Source of the DNA: the human T2T-CHM13v2.0 reference genome, Homo sapiens
Strand: one strand, 5' to 3'
Length of the DNA stretch: 64,000 nt
Assembly (NCBI RefSeq): GCF_009914755.1
Contig: NC_060939.1
The notes under the pieces are model-generated. The model was not told the DNA's origin and searched no databases. It was given only the letters and a program-made list of their open reading frames with translations. The position numbers and the translations under genes are program-made. Positions 1 to 15,961 of this stretch are shown one piece after another; position 1 is the first letter of the stretch; every line of letters begins with the position of its first letter.

Positions 1-1815
1 AACAGAACAGAAGGTCCAGAAACAGACTCATACTTATCTAGTTAATTGATTTGTAAAAGTACCAAGATAACCAGTGATAGCCTTTTCAGCAAAAGATGCT
101 GGAATAATTGGATATCCATAGGGGAAAAAAATAAACTTTGACCCCCTACCTCACACCACACACAAAAATGAAGATGGATCATTTGAAGATGGATCAAAAA
201 TGAAGATGGAATGTAAAAGCTAAAATGATAATGCCTCTAGAAGGGAACATGGGAAAAAATATCTTCACAACTTTGGGATAGGTAGAGACTACTTAGACAA
301 GACAAAAATGTGCTAACTATAAAATAAAAAAAATATGGACATGTTGGACTCCATCAAAATCAAAGACTCTGCTCTTCAAATGACATTCCTGAGAAAATGA
401 AAAGGCAAGCTACAGGTGGGGAAGGAATATTTATTTACATATATCTGACAAATAATCCATATTTAGAGTCTATAGAAAACAACAATAACTCAATAATAAG
501 GCCAACAATCTTATTAAAAAATGGGCAAAAGTCCTAACAGATACTTCACAAAGGAAGATATATGAATGGCCCTGAAGCATATGAAAAAGTGTGCAACATC
601 ATTGCTCATCAGAGAAATGCAAATTAACACCCACTGGAACAGTTAAAATTAATGTGCCCAACAACACCAAGTGTTGCAGAGGATGTGCAGCAACTGAATA
701 CTTTGCTGGCATGACAGTAAAATGATATGACTATTTTTGGAAACAGTTGAGCATTTTCTTAGAAATATACACCAACCTCATTGTGATGGTCATATTTTGT
801 GGCAACTTGACTGGGATCAGGGATGCCCAGATAGCTGATAAAACTATTTCTGGGTGCATCTGTGAGGGTGTTTCTGGAAGAGATTAGCATTTGAGTCAGT
901 GGACTGGGTAAAGAAGATCACCTTCCTCATTGTGGGTGGGCACCATGTAGTTGGCTGAGGGCCTGGATGGAACAAAAAGATGGGGGAAGGGTGAATTCTC
1001 TCTTTCTCCTTGAGTAGGGACATCCATCTTCTCCTTTCCTCGGGTATTGAAGCTCCTAGTTCTAAGCCTTTGAAATCTGGGACTTGTACCCATGGGCACC
1101 TCTCCCCACCCACTCCCCCTTCCCAGGAATTCAGCCTTGGACTGGGAGTTACACCATTTGCTTTTCTGGTTCTCCAGCTTGCAGAGGCATATCATGGCAC
1201 ATCTCAGCCTCCATAATTGCATGAGCCAGCTCCTCTTGTACATCTACATATAATCCTGGAGAACCCTTACAAATACACCCATGACTCAGCAATTTTACAG
1301 CTAGGTATTATTTACCCAAGAGAAAAGAAGCATATGTTTACAAAAAGACTTGTACAGATGTATTCATGATAGCTAAAACTGAGAACAACACAAATTGCCA
1401 TTAACCAGAGGATGCATTAACAAATTGTGATACATCCATGCAATGGAATATTACTCAGAAACAAAAAGGAATAAACTGATGTATACGGATATATGTAACA
1501 TGTATGAATCTCATAGAAGTTTTGATGAATGAAAAAAGCTAGACACAAATATACTGAATGCTTTCATTTTATGCAGTAGTAGAAAAGCCATAATTAACCT
1601 ATAGTGATAGAAATCAGACAGTGGTTGCTGAGAGCAGCAATGGGGGTAGGGTGTGACTTTCAAAGGCACAGGAAGAAACTTTTGGGGGTATTAGAATATT
1701 CCATGCCTTCACTGGGGTGGTGGTTACATGAGTATGTACATATATCAAAATTCATCAAATTGTACATGTAAAATCTATGCATTTTATTGCATGTAAATTA
1801 TACCTCGGTAAAAAC
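1..1815 (+). mobile_element. Old L1M (L1MC/ME-like) ORF2 end and 3' UTR, split by MLT2
   Basis: Degenerate L1 motifs (ataattggatatccata, atcagagaaatgcaaattaa, catccatgcaatggaatatta). Confidence 0.8.
782..1277 (+). mobile_element. MLT2 (ERVL) solo LTR
   Basis: TGTGATGG start, ...AATACA end; near-TSD CTCAT/CCCAT. Confidence 0.85.
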
Positions 1816-2239
1816 ACATGTCTATAAAGAATTCATTATCAAATGCAACATTCCTCTACATAGGCTGATGTATTGTTGTTGTCATGATTTCAACACAAAT
1901 CTTGGGTGACATAACTCATTGACTTAGAACAGGCTGTTAAGGGAGCCAGGAGAGATGCTGGTGGGGTCATGAATTTGATCCTAGTGAGTGCAGGCAATTT
2001 ACATTGCTCGGTCTTGAAGAGCCTTGCATTTAGGTCCAGCCCTAGTCTTGGGTGGTCACCCATGTGCTATGATTTTGTGGTGACCAGAAGTCAACCCATT
2101 CCAAATTCCTTTGCATACTGGAGTCTGAAGCCAGTTGGGTGAAGCCCTGCCTTTTCCCTGTCTTCTCTTCATGAAAGGAGTGGCAAGATGCTGAAACCCC
2201 ACTTGGAGGTATGAGTGACTGTATCAGAAGCTGTCCACC

Positions 2240-2356
2240 CAGGGCTGGCTACATAATTTGCAGGGCCCACTGCACTATAAACATGCAGGACTCTTGCATG
2301 TTTCACAATGAAATAATGAATTTCACGATGGTGTCAGCAGAATATTAAAACAAGCA
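2240..2356. mobile_element. MER45A-like hAT-Tip100 fragment
   Basis: cagggctggctacataatttgcagggccc terminus. Confidence 0.7.
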
Positions 2357-2792
2357 TGAGTCAAGGAAATTGGGTACACTGGAAAAGGGTGAAGACACTC
2401 TACCAGTTTCAATGCTATTTTGGGTTGACCTCTGATGTGACCAGGAGGTGGACATAAGCATATGGCACAGGGCGAATCTTCCTTCTACAGACCTCATTCG
2501 TGTGCATCCAGACTTCTTTGCATACACTATGCTGGCCCTGTGCTCAGCCCTGGAAATAAGAGAAGCCATGGGTCCTGCTTTCTAGGAACTCATGGTCTCA
2601 TAGGAGAGGGTCACCCAGGAACATGACAAGCTTCAATATGTGGTAGAGAGCCCTCATTGTCACCAGAGAGGCACAGATGGTGTCATATCCAGATTGGGAG
2701 TAGTGGAGGCAGTCAGGGAAGGGCTCCTAGAAGAGGTGGTATTTGATTGGGTCATTTGAAGGTTGATCCAACTGGCTATAAGAAGTGAGGGC

Positions 2793-3265
<473 letters not shown>

Positions 3266-4006
3266 CTACCTGGACCACAGTGATGGGGCTGCAGAAAGAG
3301 GCCATGCTTGGTTGGTTGGCTACTCCCACCTGGGATGGGGGGGTGAGGAGACTGATGTGAGAGTGTGGGCACATTTAGATATTATTCATGGAGGCTGTGG
3401 GGCTGCTGAATGGTGGAAAGTGGCCAGTGGTAGAGGCACCAGCAGTGGTATTCTGGCTGGACAGTATCTGGACATGCATGACTTTAATCTCTGCCCTTTG
3501 CTGGTCAGCCTCCCTGGCCTTCCTATCGATTCTATGAGCTCCCCGGTGTCCTCCTAGTAGATTATTTCTGGCTTAAGTTAGCCATGGTCACTTTCTATTG
3601 TTGGCAACCAAGAACCCTGATGCAGGATGGTCAGCTGGGGTCAGATGATGAGAGACTTTAATGTTGGCATGAGGAGGATGGCAGACAATGGGGAGCCATG
3701 GGAGGTGCATGAGTGAAGCAGAGCCTTGATCCACAGATCCAGGAAGAGTCACTGTAGAATGAAATGGGGAGGAACAAGACTGTGGGGGGTGGCGGGCAAG
3801 CTGAACCAGGGCAGTCACAGTGACAAAGGAGGAAATGACACTGAGATAAGGGGCTCAGGATTGACAGGATTTTGCAATGGGCTGGATGTGGCAGGACAGC
3901 AGGGAGAACTTTTTACAGAGAATATACATCATGGCGTGTTTCCTCTCTGGTCTTCTGAATAACCGGCTCATCTGTTTTAACTATGGATTTGGGGGAGGTT
4001 ATTGGC

Positions 4007-4335
4007 CAGGGGTCCCCAACCCCTGGGCCACAGACTGGCACAGATCTGTGGCCTGTTAGGAACGAGGCTGCACAGCAGGAGGTGAGTGGCAGGCCAGTGA
4101 GCATTACCACCTGTGCTCCACCTCCCGTCAGATCAGCAGCAGCATTAGATTCTCACAGGAGTGTGAACCCTATTGTGAACTGTACGTGCAAGGGATCTAG
4201 GTTGTGTGCTCCTTATGCCTGATGATCTGAAGTGGACCAGTTTCATCCTGAAACCATCCCCCACCAACTCCCGTCCGTGGAAAAATTGTCTTCCACGAAA
4301 CCAGTCCCTGGTGCTAAAAAGGTTGGGGACTGCTG
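4007..4335. mobile_element. MER1B hAT-Charlie element
   Basis: TIRs caggggtccccaac...gttggggactgctg. Confidence 0.85.
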
Positions 4336-5106
4336 TTCTAGACCAAGGGGTGCTGGCCTGCCTCTCCAGCCTCAGCTGGGAGGTGCCTTCCCCTCAGAGC
4401 TGTGCTCTGGAGTGAGCAGGCAGGAGGGCTTAGGAGCGATTAGTTTCTAAGGGGAGGGAAGTGAGTGACCCTTAATTCCTCTTTAATAACATATGTCAGT
4501 AGGTAACGTTTTCAATATGTCACTGTGTCTGCAGCTCTGGTCAGCAGGTTGCTATCATTTTTGAGCAATAAACAAAAGACTGCTTTTAATTACTTCTGTG
4601 AAATTGCCCGACCCATGCATGATTAAATATTCATAATGTAGAACGAGGCATTTTCTTTGTATATAGATCCATATTAAATTTAGCTGGCAACCCGCTGACC
4701 GAACAGCACTAATAAATTTCTGGTAATGGGCCACAGCTTTTCCTGATTGCTCCATCTCTTCCCTCTCAGTCCCTCTCTACATCCCTGTCGCTGTCCTGGC
4801 CTGGCTATCTCTGTTCCTTCCTTTTGGAAATTGAAGTGAAACTTGTCCTGGCCTAGCTATCTCTCTTACCTTTTTAGGAAATTGAAGTGAAATGTACACA
4901 ACATACAATTAACCATTTTAATAGGTACAATTCAGTGGCATTTAGTGAATTTACAATGTTGTGCAACCACTACTTCTTCCTAGGTTCAAAACTTTTTCAT
5001 CACCCCAGCAGAACACTCCATACCCATTAAGTAACCACTCCTCATTCCTCCTCCTTCCATCCCCTGGCAATCACTAATCTGTTTTCTGTCTCTACAGATT
5101 TGCCTA

Positions 5107-5429
<323 letters not shown>

Positions 5430-5884
5430 GAGAATTCATACAATATGGGATCTTTTGTGTCTGGCGTATTTCATGTAGCATAATGTTTTGGGTGTTAATC
5501 CATGTTGTAGCATGTATCAGTACTTAATTCCTTCTTATGGCTGAGTAATATTCCATTGTATGGATATACCAATATTTGATTATCCACTCATCAGCTGATG
5601 GATCCTTGAATTGTTTTCACCTTTTGGCTATTATGAATTATGCTGCTATGAACATTCGTGTACCAGTTCCTATGTGGACATATGTTTTCGTTTCTCTTGG
5701 GTATGTACCCTAGAAGAGGAATTGCTGAGTCATGTGGTAATTCTATGTTTAGCACTTTGAGGAACCACCATACTGTTTTCCACAGCTGCTGTACCATTTT
5801 ACATTCCCACAAGCAATGTTATGAGGGTTCCTATTTCTCCATACCTTCACCAACGCTTGTTATTTTCCATTTTTAAAACTTGTT

Positions 5885-6189
5885 GGCTGGGTGTGGTGGC
5901 TCACGCTTGTAATTCCAACACTTTGGAAGGCTGAGGTGGGCAGATTACTTGAGCCCAGGAGTTTGAGACCAGCCTAGGGGACATGGCAAAACCCTGTCTT
6001 TACAAAAAATAGAAAAATTAGCTGGGTGTGGTGGTGTGCACTTGTAGTCCCAACTACCAGAGAGGAGGAATTGGGAGGATTGTTTGACCCTGAGAGGTTG
6101 AGACTACAGTAAGCCATGATTGCACCACTTCATTCCAGCCTGGGTGACAGAGTAAGACACTATCTCAAAAAAAACAAACAAAAAAAAAA
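5885..6189 (+). mobile_element. AluJ
   Basis: ttgagcccaggagtttgag J-type diagnostics. Confidence 0.88.
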
Positions 6190-6258
6190 CGTAGCCATTC
6201 TGCTGGGTGTTAACTGGCATTTATTTCATCATGGTTTTGATTTGCATTTCTGTAATAA

Positions 6259-6680
<422 letters not shown>

Positions 6681-8335
6681 TAAGGGTTCTTTATATATTC
6701 TGAATACTAGATCTTTATCAGATATACTATTTGCAACTATTTTCTCCCATTTTTTATATTGCCTTTTCACATTCTTGTTACTGTCTTTTGGTGCACAAAA
6801 AATTTAACTTTTATGAAGTCAAATTTACCAGTTTTTATTTTGTTGTTCATGTATTGGGTGTAAAATCTAAGATTCCATTGCCAAATCCAAGGTCATAAAG
6901 ACTTACCCCTATGTTTCCCCTAATAGTTTTATAAAGCTTTAACTCTTTCATTTAGGTCATTGATCTATTTGAGTTAAATTTTGAGTATGGAGTGAGGTAA
7001 GGGTTCAACTTCACTGTTTTGAGTGTGGCTATCCAACTGTTCCAGGACCATTTGTTGAAGAGACTCTTTCTTCTTTTGTTAGAGACATTCTTTCCCCATT
7101 GAATGGTCTTGGCACCCTTATTGAAAATTCTGTCATCTTTGTCTCATTCAACTTCCCTGTCTCCGTCTTTCTCACTTTTTGTAGACTTATGCTGACATCC
7201 ACATTCCTTACCTGTTGTCTTGTGGTTGCAGCATTCCCCAGAGAAGGGAAATGATGGAATTTGGGGTAGGCCTGGGGAAGTACTCAGTCAAAGGAGGGAT
7301 GCTATGGAAGGAGTGAGGCTGTCATCAGTTGCCAGCCAAGTGCTTTGACACACAGTGGCAGAGGGGGCTCAGGGCTGGCAAGGGAGTAAGAGTAGGACTG
7401 ATCTTTCCTTTTAACACCAGATCAAGGCTATTGTAAATATTTGAGCAATATTTCATTACACTCGGAGTCCACATCTTGATTTTCCATTTCCATTAGACCT
7501 TGTGGAAAATTAACTGTATTAAATTAATATATGATTCTAATTTTTTTGAGTTTTTTTTTTTCTCATTCCCTCTATTTTCCCTCTCCCTTAACTAACTCAT
7601 TATTCCATGGTGACCACATAGCATTTTGAGCAGCTGAACTGGAATTCATTTTAATCCACACCAGGTATACTATTTACTAGCTTAGCTAGGGGCAAGGAAC
7701 ACCAGCTTTCTGGGATTCAGTTTTCTCATTTGCAAAATGAGGAATGAATGTGAAAGTATTTTACAAACTGCAGCACAAGGAGTTATTTTTATAATAATTA
7801 TATTACAAGTAATTTATTATTGTTTTAAAGGCACAGAGGTGGAGAACTCAGAGCTTCAGGAAATCACAGGGACTTTTTTGTCAGTGATCTATAATGCTGC
7901 AGAGCAGTGATGTGGATATGACCTGAAGCTGAGACCCTCACCCCATTCAGGCCCTAGCGACTCTGTGCCTGCACAACCTCTGACTTCCTTTATGCTCAAA
8001 GGGCTCTCGAGATTATCAAGTTCTACCTGCGTATTTTACAGGGGAGGAAACTAAGGCCCATGGAAGGGATTGTCCAGGGTCCCACAAGCATCAGTGATGA
8101 AGCCCATCTTCCCATCCAGAGGCCTGACTCCCAGCTCAGGGCCCCCATCTTCCTCTTTAGACACGCTGTGGCTGCATTGCTTATTCTTAGGCAGCATCAC
8201 CTTCCTGGGAAGCTGGTATCTCCCAGGGTGCAGAAAAGAGATGGGGCCACTGTAGGTCCAGTGAGCTCAGTAACAGCCCAAAGACTACCCACCCCCTGCC
8301 AAACTCCAATTATAGCTGGAGGGGAGTTACTTTAG

Positions 8336-8725
<390 letters not shown>

Positions 8726-8856
8726 TAAGAAACAAACAGGAGAAAATGAACTCAGCAAAGTTGCAGTATACAAAATCACAAAAATTAGTCACATTTCTAT
8801 ACACTAATAATAAATAATCTTAAAAAATTTGAGAAATTATGATAGCATAAAAAATA

Positions 8857-9123
8857 CAGTGATGAGCCACATAATGACGTTTTGGTCAATAACAGATTGC
8901 ATATGTGAAGGTGGTCCCATAAGATGATGACACTGTTACTACAGTAACATGCTGTACAGGTTTGTAGTCTAGTAGCAACAGGCTATACCATATAGCCTAT
9001 GTGCGTAGTAGACCATACCATCTAGGTTTGTGTAAGTACACTCAATGGTGTTTGCACAATGACAAAATTGCCTAATGACACATTTCTCAGAACATAGCCC
9101 CATCATTAAGAGATGTATGTCTG
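8857..9123. mobile_element. Tigger3-type TcMar non-autonomous element nested in L1
   Basis: TA|CAGT...CTG|TA; excising it restores the L1 sequence aaaatacttaggagtaaac. Confidence 0.85.
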
Positions 9124-10446
9124 TACTTAGGAGTAAACTTAACCAAGGAAGTGAAAGACTTATACACTAAAAACTCCAAGATGTTGCAGAAAGAAATTAA
9201 AGGAGACATAAAGAAATAGAAAGATGTCATGTGTTCATGGACTGGAAGACTTAATGTTGTTAAGATGTCAACACCACCAAAAGTGATCTACAGATTCAAT
9301 GTAATCCCTACCAAAATTCCAATGACATTTTTTGCAGAAATAGAAAAGTCCATCCTAAAATTCATATGAAATCTCAAAAGACTCCTGATAGCCAAAGCAA
9401 TCTTAAAAAAGAAGAACATTGCTATCCAAGAAGATGTTAAATATATAATTAAATTAAAAAAAAGAAGAACAAAGGTGGAATTCTCACATTTCCTGATGTA
9501 AAAACTTAATACAAAGCTATAGTAACTAAGTCAGTGTGGCACTGGCGAAAAGACAAACATATAGACTATTGGAATAGAAGGGTGAGCCCAGAAACAAACC
9601 TTCACATATACAGTCAAATGATTTTTGGCAAGGGTTCCAAAACCATTCCATAGGGGAAGAACAGTCTTTTCAACAAATGGCACTGGGGACACTGGATATC
9701 CACCTGCAAAAAAAAGATGACATTGGACCCTTGCCTTACATCATATACAAAAATTAATTCAAAATGGATCAAAGACATAAACATAAGAGCCAATATAAAA
9801 CTCTTGGAAGAAAATATAGGGAAAAGCTTCAAGACATTGGATTTGGCAGATTTCTTGGATATGACACCAAAAGCACAGGCAACGAAAGAAAAAAATGATA
9901 ACGTGAACTTCATCAAACTTAAAAACTTTTCTGCATCAAAGGACACTGTCAACAGAGTGAAAAGGCAACCCACGGAATGGGTTTGCAAATCACATTTCAT
10001 ATCTGCCAATTATATATCTGAGAAGGAACTGATAACTAGAATGGATAAAGAACTCCTGCAACTCAACAATACCAACAACAAAACAGCCCAATTAAAAAGT
10101 AGGATGGAGACTTGAATAGATAAATCTCCAAAAAAGGTATACAACTGGCCAATAAACACGTGAAAAGATGCTCAATATTACTAATCATTAGGGAAATGGA
10201 AATCAAAACTACAATGAGATAACTTGTCATACCCAATTGGATGGCTACTATAAAAAAACCCCAGGAAATAACAAGTGTTGGTGAGGATGAGGATATGGAG
10301 AAATTTGAATCCTCATGTACTGCTGGCAAGAATGTGTAATGGAGCAGCTGCTGTGGGAAACAGTATGATGATTCTTCAAGAAATGAAACATAGAATTATC
10401 ATATGTTCCTGCAATCCTACTTTGGGTGTAAAACCAAAAGAAGTAA

Positions 10447-10800
<354 letters not shown>

Positions 10801-11690
10801 TGAACCATTTAGTTTTACAACCAAAATGTGGAAGCAACCCAACTGTCCATTGGATGAGTAAACAAAATATGGTGTATCCATACAATGGAATATTATTCAG
10901 CTCTAAAATAGAGGGAAATCCTGACACTTGCTACAACATGGATGAATCTTGAAGACATTATGTTAAGTGAAGTAAGCCAGGCACAAAAGGACAAATACAT
11001 GATTCCGCCTATGTGATGTACTTAGAACAGTCAAATTCACAGCAGCAGAAAGTAGGATGGTGGTTGCCAGGGGATGGAGGTAGGGGTAATGTGGAATTAC
11101 TGCTTAGTGGGTAGAGACTTTCTGTTCTACAAGATGAAATGGGTTCTGCAGATGGCTGGTGATGATGGTTGCACAACAATGTGAATATACTTAATTCCAC
11201 TGAACTGTACACTTAAAAATGGTTAAATAATAAATTTTATGTTATGCATATTTTACCACAATTTAAAAAATGATAAAAGAAAGAAGCAAGGGAGGAGTCC
11301 ATTCTTGGATCGTGGTGTCCTCTCTACGATATTCTTCAGGAGCTTATGGACATGAGGGTTGGCTATGACAGTAGTGCTTGCTGGGGAAAGTGAGTCTGGA
11401 GGCTCCTGCAGAAGGGATCAAAGGCTTTTGAGAAGGTGTTGCCTCCCCTGGCAATCCCAGGGAAATGTAGGGTCTGTTGGGCCTCCCTGGCCCCAACTCT
11501 AACCTCTCAGCAGAGTTCTCTAAGGCTTGGCTGGACTGTAATTCCTATTCTTGTGTCCCCACTACAAGCTTTTTGAAGCCTTCCTACCCTCAGAGTATTA
11601 TAGGAAGATATGTTGAGAGGGTCTCGGTTTCTTGCCACCCACAGCATGCAGACCAGAAGAGCTGAGTAGTGAGAGGAATCAGGGTGGGAG

Positions 11691-11694
<4 letters not shown>

Positions 11695-11740
<46 letters not shown>

Positions 11741-11759
11741 TGACAGAGAGAGAGAGAGA
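11695..11759. repeat. Compound microsatellite (TG)21 + (GA)n
   Basis: Direct reading. Confidence 0.95.
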
Positions 11760-11954
11760 ATTCAGAGGGTTTTGGAGACTGTCCCAACTCCTGTGAGCCC
11801 ATAGAGATTTGTGGATCTTTCTTCTGTCCTATCCTATGGGTTAGGTCTTGAGTGAATTTAAGGGAGGTAGCTGCAGGCCTTGTAAATTTGGAAGTGGTTG
11901 GGGAGTGGACACACATCTCTGGATTATTCCTTACCAAGACAGGAAGACAGGGAC

Positions 11955-12765
11955 CACCGCTGTGTTTTCCTATACAGCAGGCACTAGCCACATGTGGCTG
12001 TTGAGCACATAGAATATGGCTAGTGAGACTGAGGAACTCAATTTTAAACTTTATCTAGCTTTAATATATGTTTAAAAACTAATAGCCCAGTTACTGGAAA
12101 ACTTTTAAACACGTTTGAAACAATTTGTCTATGTGAGTTTACTCCCTCATCAAGAAGTATCCTCTTGGTCCAAATACAGATCAAGTATTTCCAGTGAGAA
12201 TGTAGTGTCTGAATTGAGATGTGCTGAAAGTGTCAAATATACATCAAATTTGGAAGACTCAGTTTGAAAAAGAGTGCAAAATATCTTGATAAGTTTTTAT
12301 ATTGATGACATGTTGACATGATCATGTTTTGAATATATTGGATTAAGCAAACTATTGTCAATATTGATTTCACCCATTAAATTTTTTTTTAAAGGCAACT
12401 GGGCTGGGTGCAGTGGCACATGCCTGTAACCCCAGCACTTTGGGAGGCTGAGGTGGGCAGATCACTTGAGCCCAGAGGTTTGAGACCTGCCTGGGAAACA
12501 TGGCGAAACCCCATCTCTACTAAAAATACAAAAAATTAGCCAGGTGTGGTGTCATGTTCCTGTAGTCCCAGCTATTCAGGAGGCTGAGGTGTGAGAATCA
12601 CCTGAGCCCAGGAAGTCCAGGCTGCAGTGAGTCATGATTGCTCCATTGCACTCTAGCCTGGGTGAAGGGAGTGAGACCTTATCTCAATAAATAAATAGGC
12701 AGCTATTAGAAAACTTAAAATTACATGTGTGGCTCACATTATGTTTCTCTTGGATTATGTTGGAC
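11955..12765. mobile_element. hAT-Charlie element of the MER3/MER33 group, split by AluJ
   Basis: ctagccacatgtggct motif at left, aaattacatgtgtggctcacattat at right. Confidence 0.75.
12402..12697 (+). mobile_element. AluJ
   Basis: Alu dimer with J-type features. Confidence 0.88.
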
Positions 12766-13199
12766 TAGAGCGACCCAGGGAATCTTAGGTTCAGATCAGT
12801 TGGGAAACTTGCATAGCTAATAAATGGCAGAACCAAAATTTCAACCTAGTTTTCCAAAGAGGTAGTGCTTTCTTTTTTGGTTAATTGGAAAACAGTGGGT
12901 TTGATCTAGGACCTCTAACAAGCCCCATCTGGGAAGGAGGCCGTGGTTCTCACCCTGGGCTCTGTGACCAACGCACTGCTCCAGGAAGGGGAGGCCTGAG
13001 AGAGGCTGGTGGGCAGGGCTAGAGCTCCCCCACCCCTTGTCCCTTGCCATACAATCACCAACCAATTCCATCAGAGAGCTGTGCTTTTATTGTTTCTCTT
13101 ATACACGGGACCTGAGATTTCATTTGAGAATGCAATTTCTACTTAAAAAAGATGGAAAATCATCTGTGAAGAGGGAAGCCTTTAGACTCAAACAGACCA

Positions 13200-13350
13200 T
13201 ATACTTATGAATTCTTTGTGAGTTCACTACTTGGGGCCTCAGTTTCATCATCTGTAAAATGGGTGTTGGTGATACCTGTCCTGAGAGATTATGATGGTAA
13301 TGAGATAATGGAGGATCTAATGCACGGCTCATAGCAGGTGTGCAATGAAT
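13200..13350 (+). mobile_element. MIR
   Basis: cctcagtttcatcatctgtaaaatggg core. Further MIRs near 7.7, 14.0, 15.4, 18.2, 19.2, 23.1, 26.7, 27.7, 34.6, 40.4, 43.3, 49.7, 52.5, 58.4, 59.1 and 63.6 kb. Confidence 0.8.
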
Positions 13351-15961
13351 GCAACTCTTCTCTCTTTTCCCCTCAAGACTGGCCTTGGACTCAGTTCTGA
13401 CTCGTGTGTGTGTGTGTGTAGGTGGTGAACTTTCCCTAGGAGTTTCTTGCCTCATATTTTCCTTATTCCTGGAATGATTTGCTTTCAGTGGTAGTTTCAT
13501 ATTCATCTATAGACAGGGAAGGACATGGCAGAATGAGATAAAATGGGGGATGAATGCTGCTAAATACTGCCTTTGTGATTGTATTCAATTACATGGGCTT
13601 TTTCTTTGCCTGTTTGATGAGAAAGGTGATGAGAAAGGCAGGCCTGCAGGGGGCAGCACATGGCCAGTACTTCACTCATGAGGGACTGGCTCATGGGACT
13701 CCTGGCTTTGCAAGAAATCAGAGCCTTCCCAGGCATAGGGGAGCCTTGGAGATTTCTGCAAGGAGCCTCAGTTCTGGTGTTGAGATATTTATTATGCCCT
13801 GCAAGTTACTGATGCTGGTGGAATTAGGTCCTTGGGCTTCTTGGTCTCCTGGCCTCTGTGGTCCAGCCAGCCTCTTCCCCTATCCCTCAAGGATTACTTC
13901 TACGATCTCCGAACTTCAGGGCTGAGAGGGACTTAAATGGTGATCTAACCCTAACACATCATGTTACCAATACAGGAGGCAACCAACCTTGCAAGGTGGG
14001 GATGTGTGTATCTCCCATCTTACAGGAGAGAAAACAGAGGCTCAGTGAGGTTAAATGACTTTCACCAGGTCCCACAAGTAAGAAGTGATAGATTAAAGCT
14101 CTTTTGTTTGCAGGCATCAGAAATGTCTAGTCAGTTTAAGCAAAGGAGAGGAACATGGATCCTGGGGGGATTTCACAGAATGGCAAGAAAATCAACTAAT
14201 TTGGCCTCCATGGGTGGGGCCCGGGGTAGCTCAAGATTGGCAGCAACAGTCTGTGGCTCTTTCTGTCCTGAACCTGCTCTCAGGGATGAGCACTAGCCCC
14301 AGTCCAGCCCAGACCCTGTATCTCTCAGGTCTAAAATTCAGGTTGCTGGGATAGAGGTTCTAGATGGACCCCTTGGATCACTCAGCAGTGGTCAGAGGTC
14401 AGGGGGTTACTAGCATAGTTATGGAGGATTTGTTTTGAGTCCTGTAGTGAAGCCCTGACAAGAACACCACAGGTGTCAACACCTGGTCGATGTGGGTCTT
14501 CCAAGGCTCAGCCGGGGCCTCTGTTCTGTCGCACAGTCACACAGTCTGCTCTCCAGTAGCTGCAGGCTAATCCCAGCTGTAAGGTCAGCCGAGGAAACGG
14601 AAGGTGCTGTTTGCATTTTAATAAGGAATCCAAAAGACCAAAGGCCTCTGGGTCCTAAAAGACTGGTTTTCTCAAATGGTGCAAAGTCCAGGTATTGTAA
14701 CTGATGGGGCACCAGGGGTAAGGAGCCCTCCCTGGTACTTCCCGTCACACCCACACAAGTGTGCCTCCAACTTATAAAGTTCACCTGTTTATCTTGCTGC
14801 CGCTTGTTCCCCCAACTCCTTTCCATCTCCCTCTCCAAGGATTCAGTAATATGTTGTCTAGACACTACTGCTGCTGTTTCTCCTCCATTAATCCATTTTA
14901 ATTGGAAAGTTATCATAATGCAAACTCTCTTTGGTATTATTTGCGGCTCTGCATTATTAGAACCTCACCAACTCGCTTTCCCAGCAAATTAAACTTGCTA
15001 TGGAAGCAATGAGATCAGCTGCTCATATTAAATCAGGCCGCACGTTGTTAAGTGGGGCTGGGAATGGGGCTTCCTCAGCTGGGTGGGGCGCAATCGCTGG
15101 AGGCGTTTACAATGGCACCACTGTTTTTATGCTGGGGATTTGGCCTCTGTGCTCAGTTCTCCTCTTTTTTTGGCACTGTGTATTGGAAATTAGAGATGGA
15201 AAGAAAGAGGGGACAAAAAACCCTCTGGTGGTATTTGGCCTCTCACCCCAAACCCAGGGCAAACAGCAATGATCAGAATGCACATGGCCTTAACCCCAGA
15301 TGAATTACAAAGCATATTCCAGTAGTCCTAAGAGCCTTGTGAAGTAGCGATGATCATCCCCTGTGTATGCAGCTGGAAACTGAAGCTCAGAGAAGGTACT
15401 TCTAGGGGCTGCACAGGCAACACATAGTAGACGCGGACTCTAAGCCGAGTCCTCTGAGTCTAAAACCAGACGGCCCGAAGGGATGAAACGCCAACCACAG
15501 TGAGCAGACCCTTTTTACAGAGCAGATCCTGGAACGGATTCATTTCTAGCTGATAGTATGGAAAGCAGTTAATAAATGACCAGGTTTCCTATTTGTGGAT
15601 TATCACCACCTCAGCATCTAATTTTTCCCAGTTACCCACTCAATAGAACAACATGGCTGACACTCCTGCCCACCCACCCAACGGCCATTTCCCCCTACTC
15701 CCTTGCTACCCGAAACCTAATTTTGTTAAGTCAGAAATGTGCCCAATCTCAGAGGAAGACTCATGATTGGTCTAAGCCAGCCATGGGCGTCTGTTTCCCT
15801 TGTCAGTGATTGGTCTAGAGGTAAGCATGTGACTCATTTCTGGCCAATTACACCTAAGGGAAAGACTGCCGATGACTTCTGGGAAAAACTTTCTCTCCGA
15901 TGGCGGCAGAGCAGGGAGGAAACTTTTGCTTGAGTTTCTCTCTTCCAGTGTGGGCACTATT

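Noticed and set aside
169-210. Three copies of TGAAGATGGA
   Set aside because: Local slippage inside old L1
9717-10115. 132-aa ORF with recognisable protein similarity
   Set aside because: Degraded L1 ORF2p fragment
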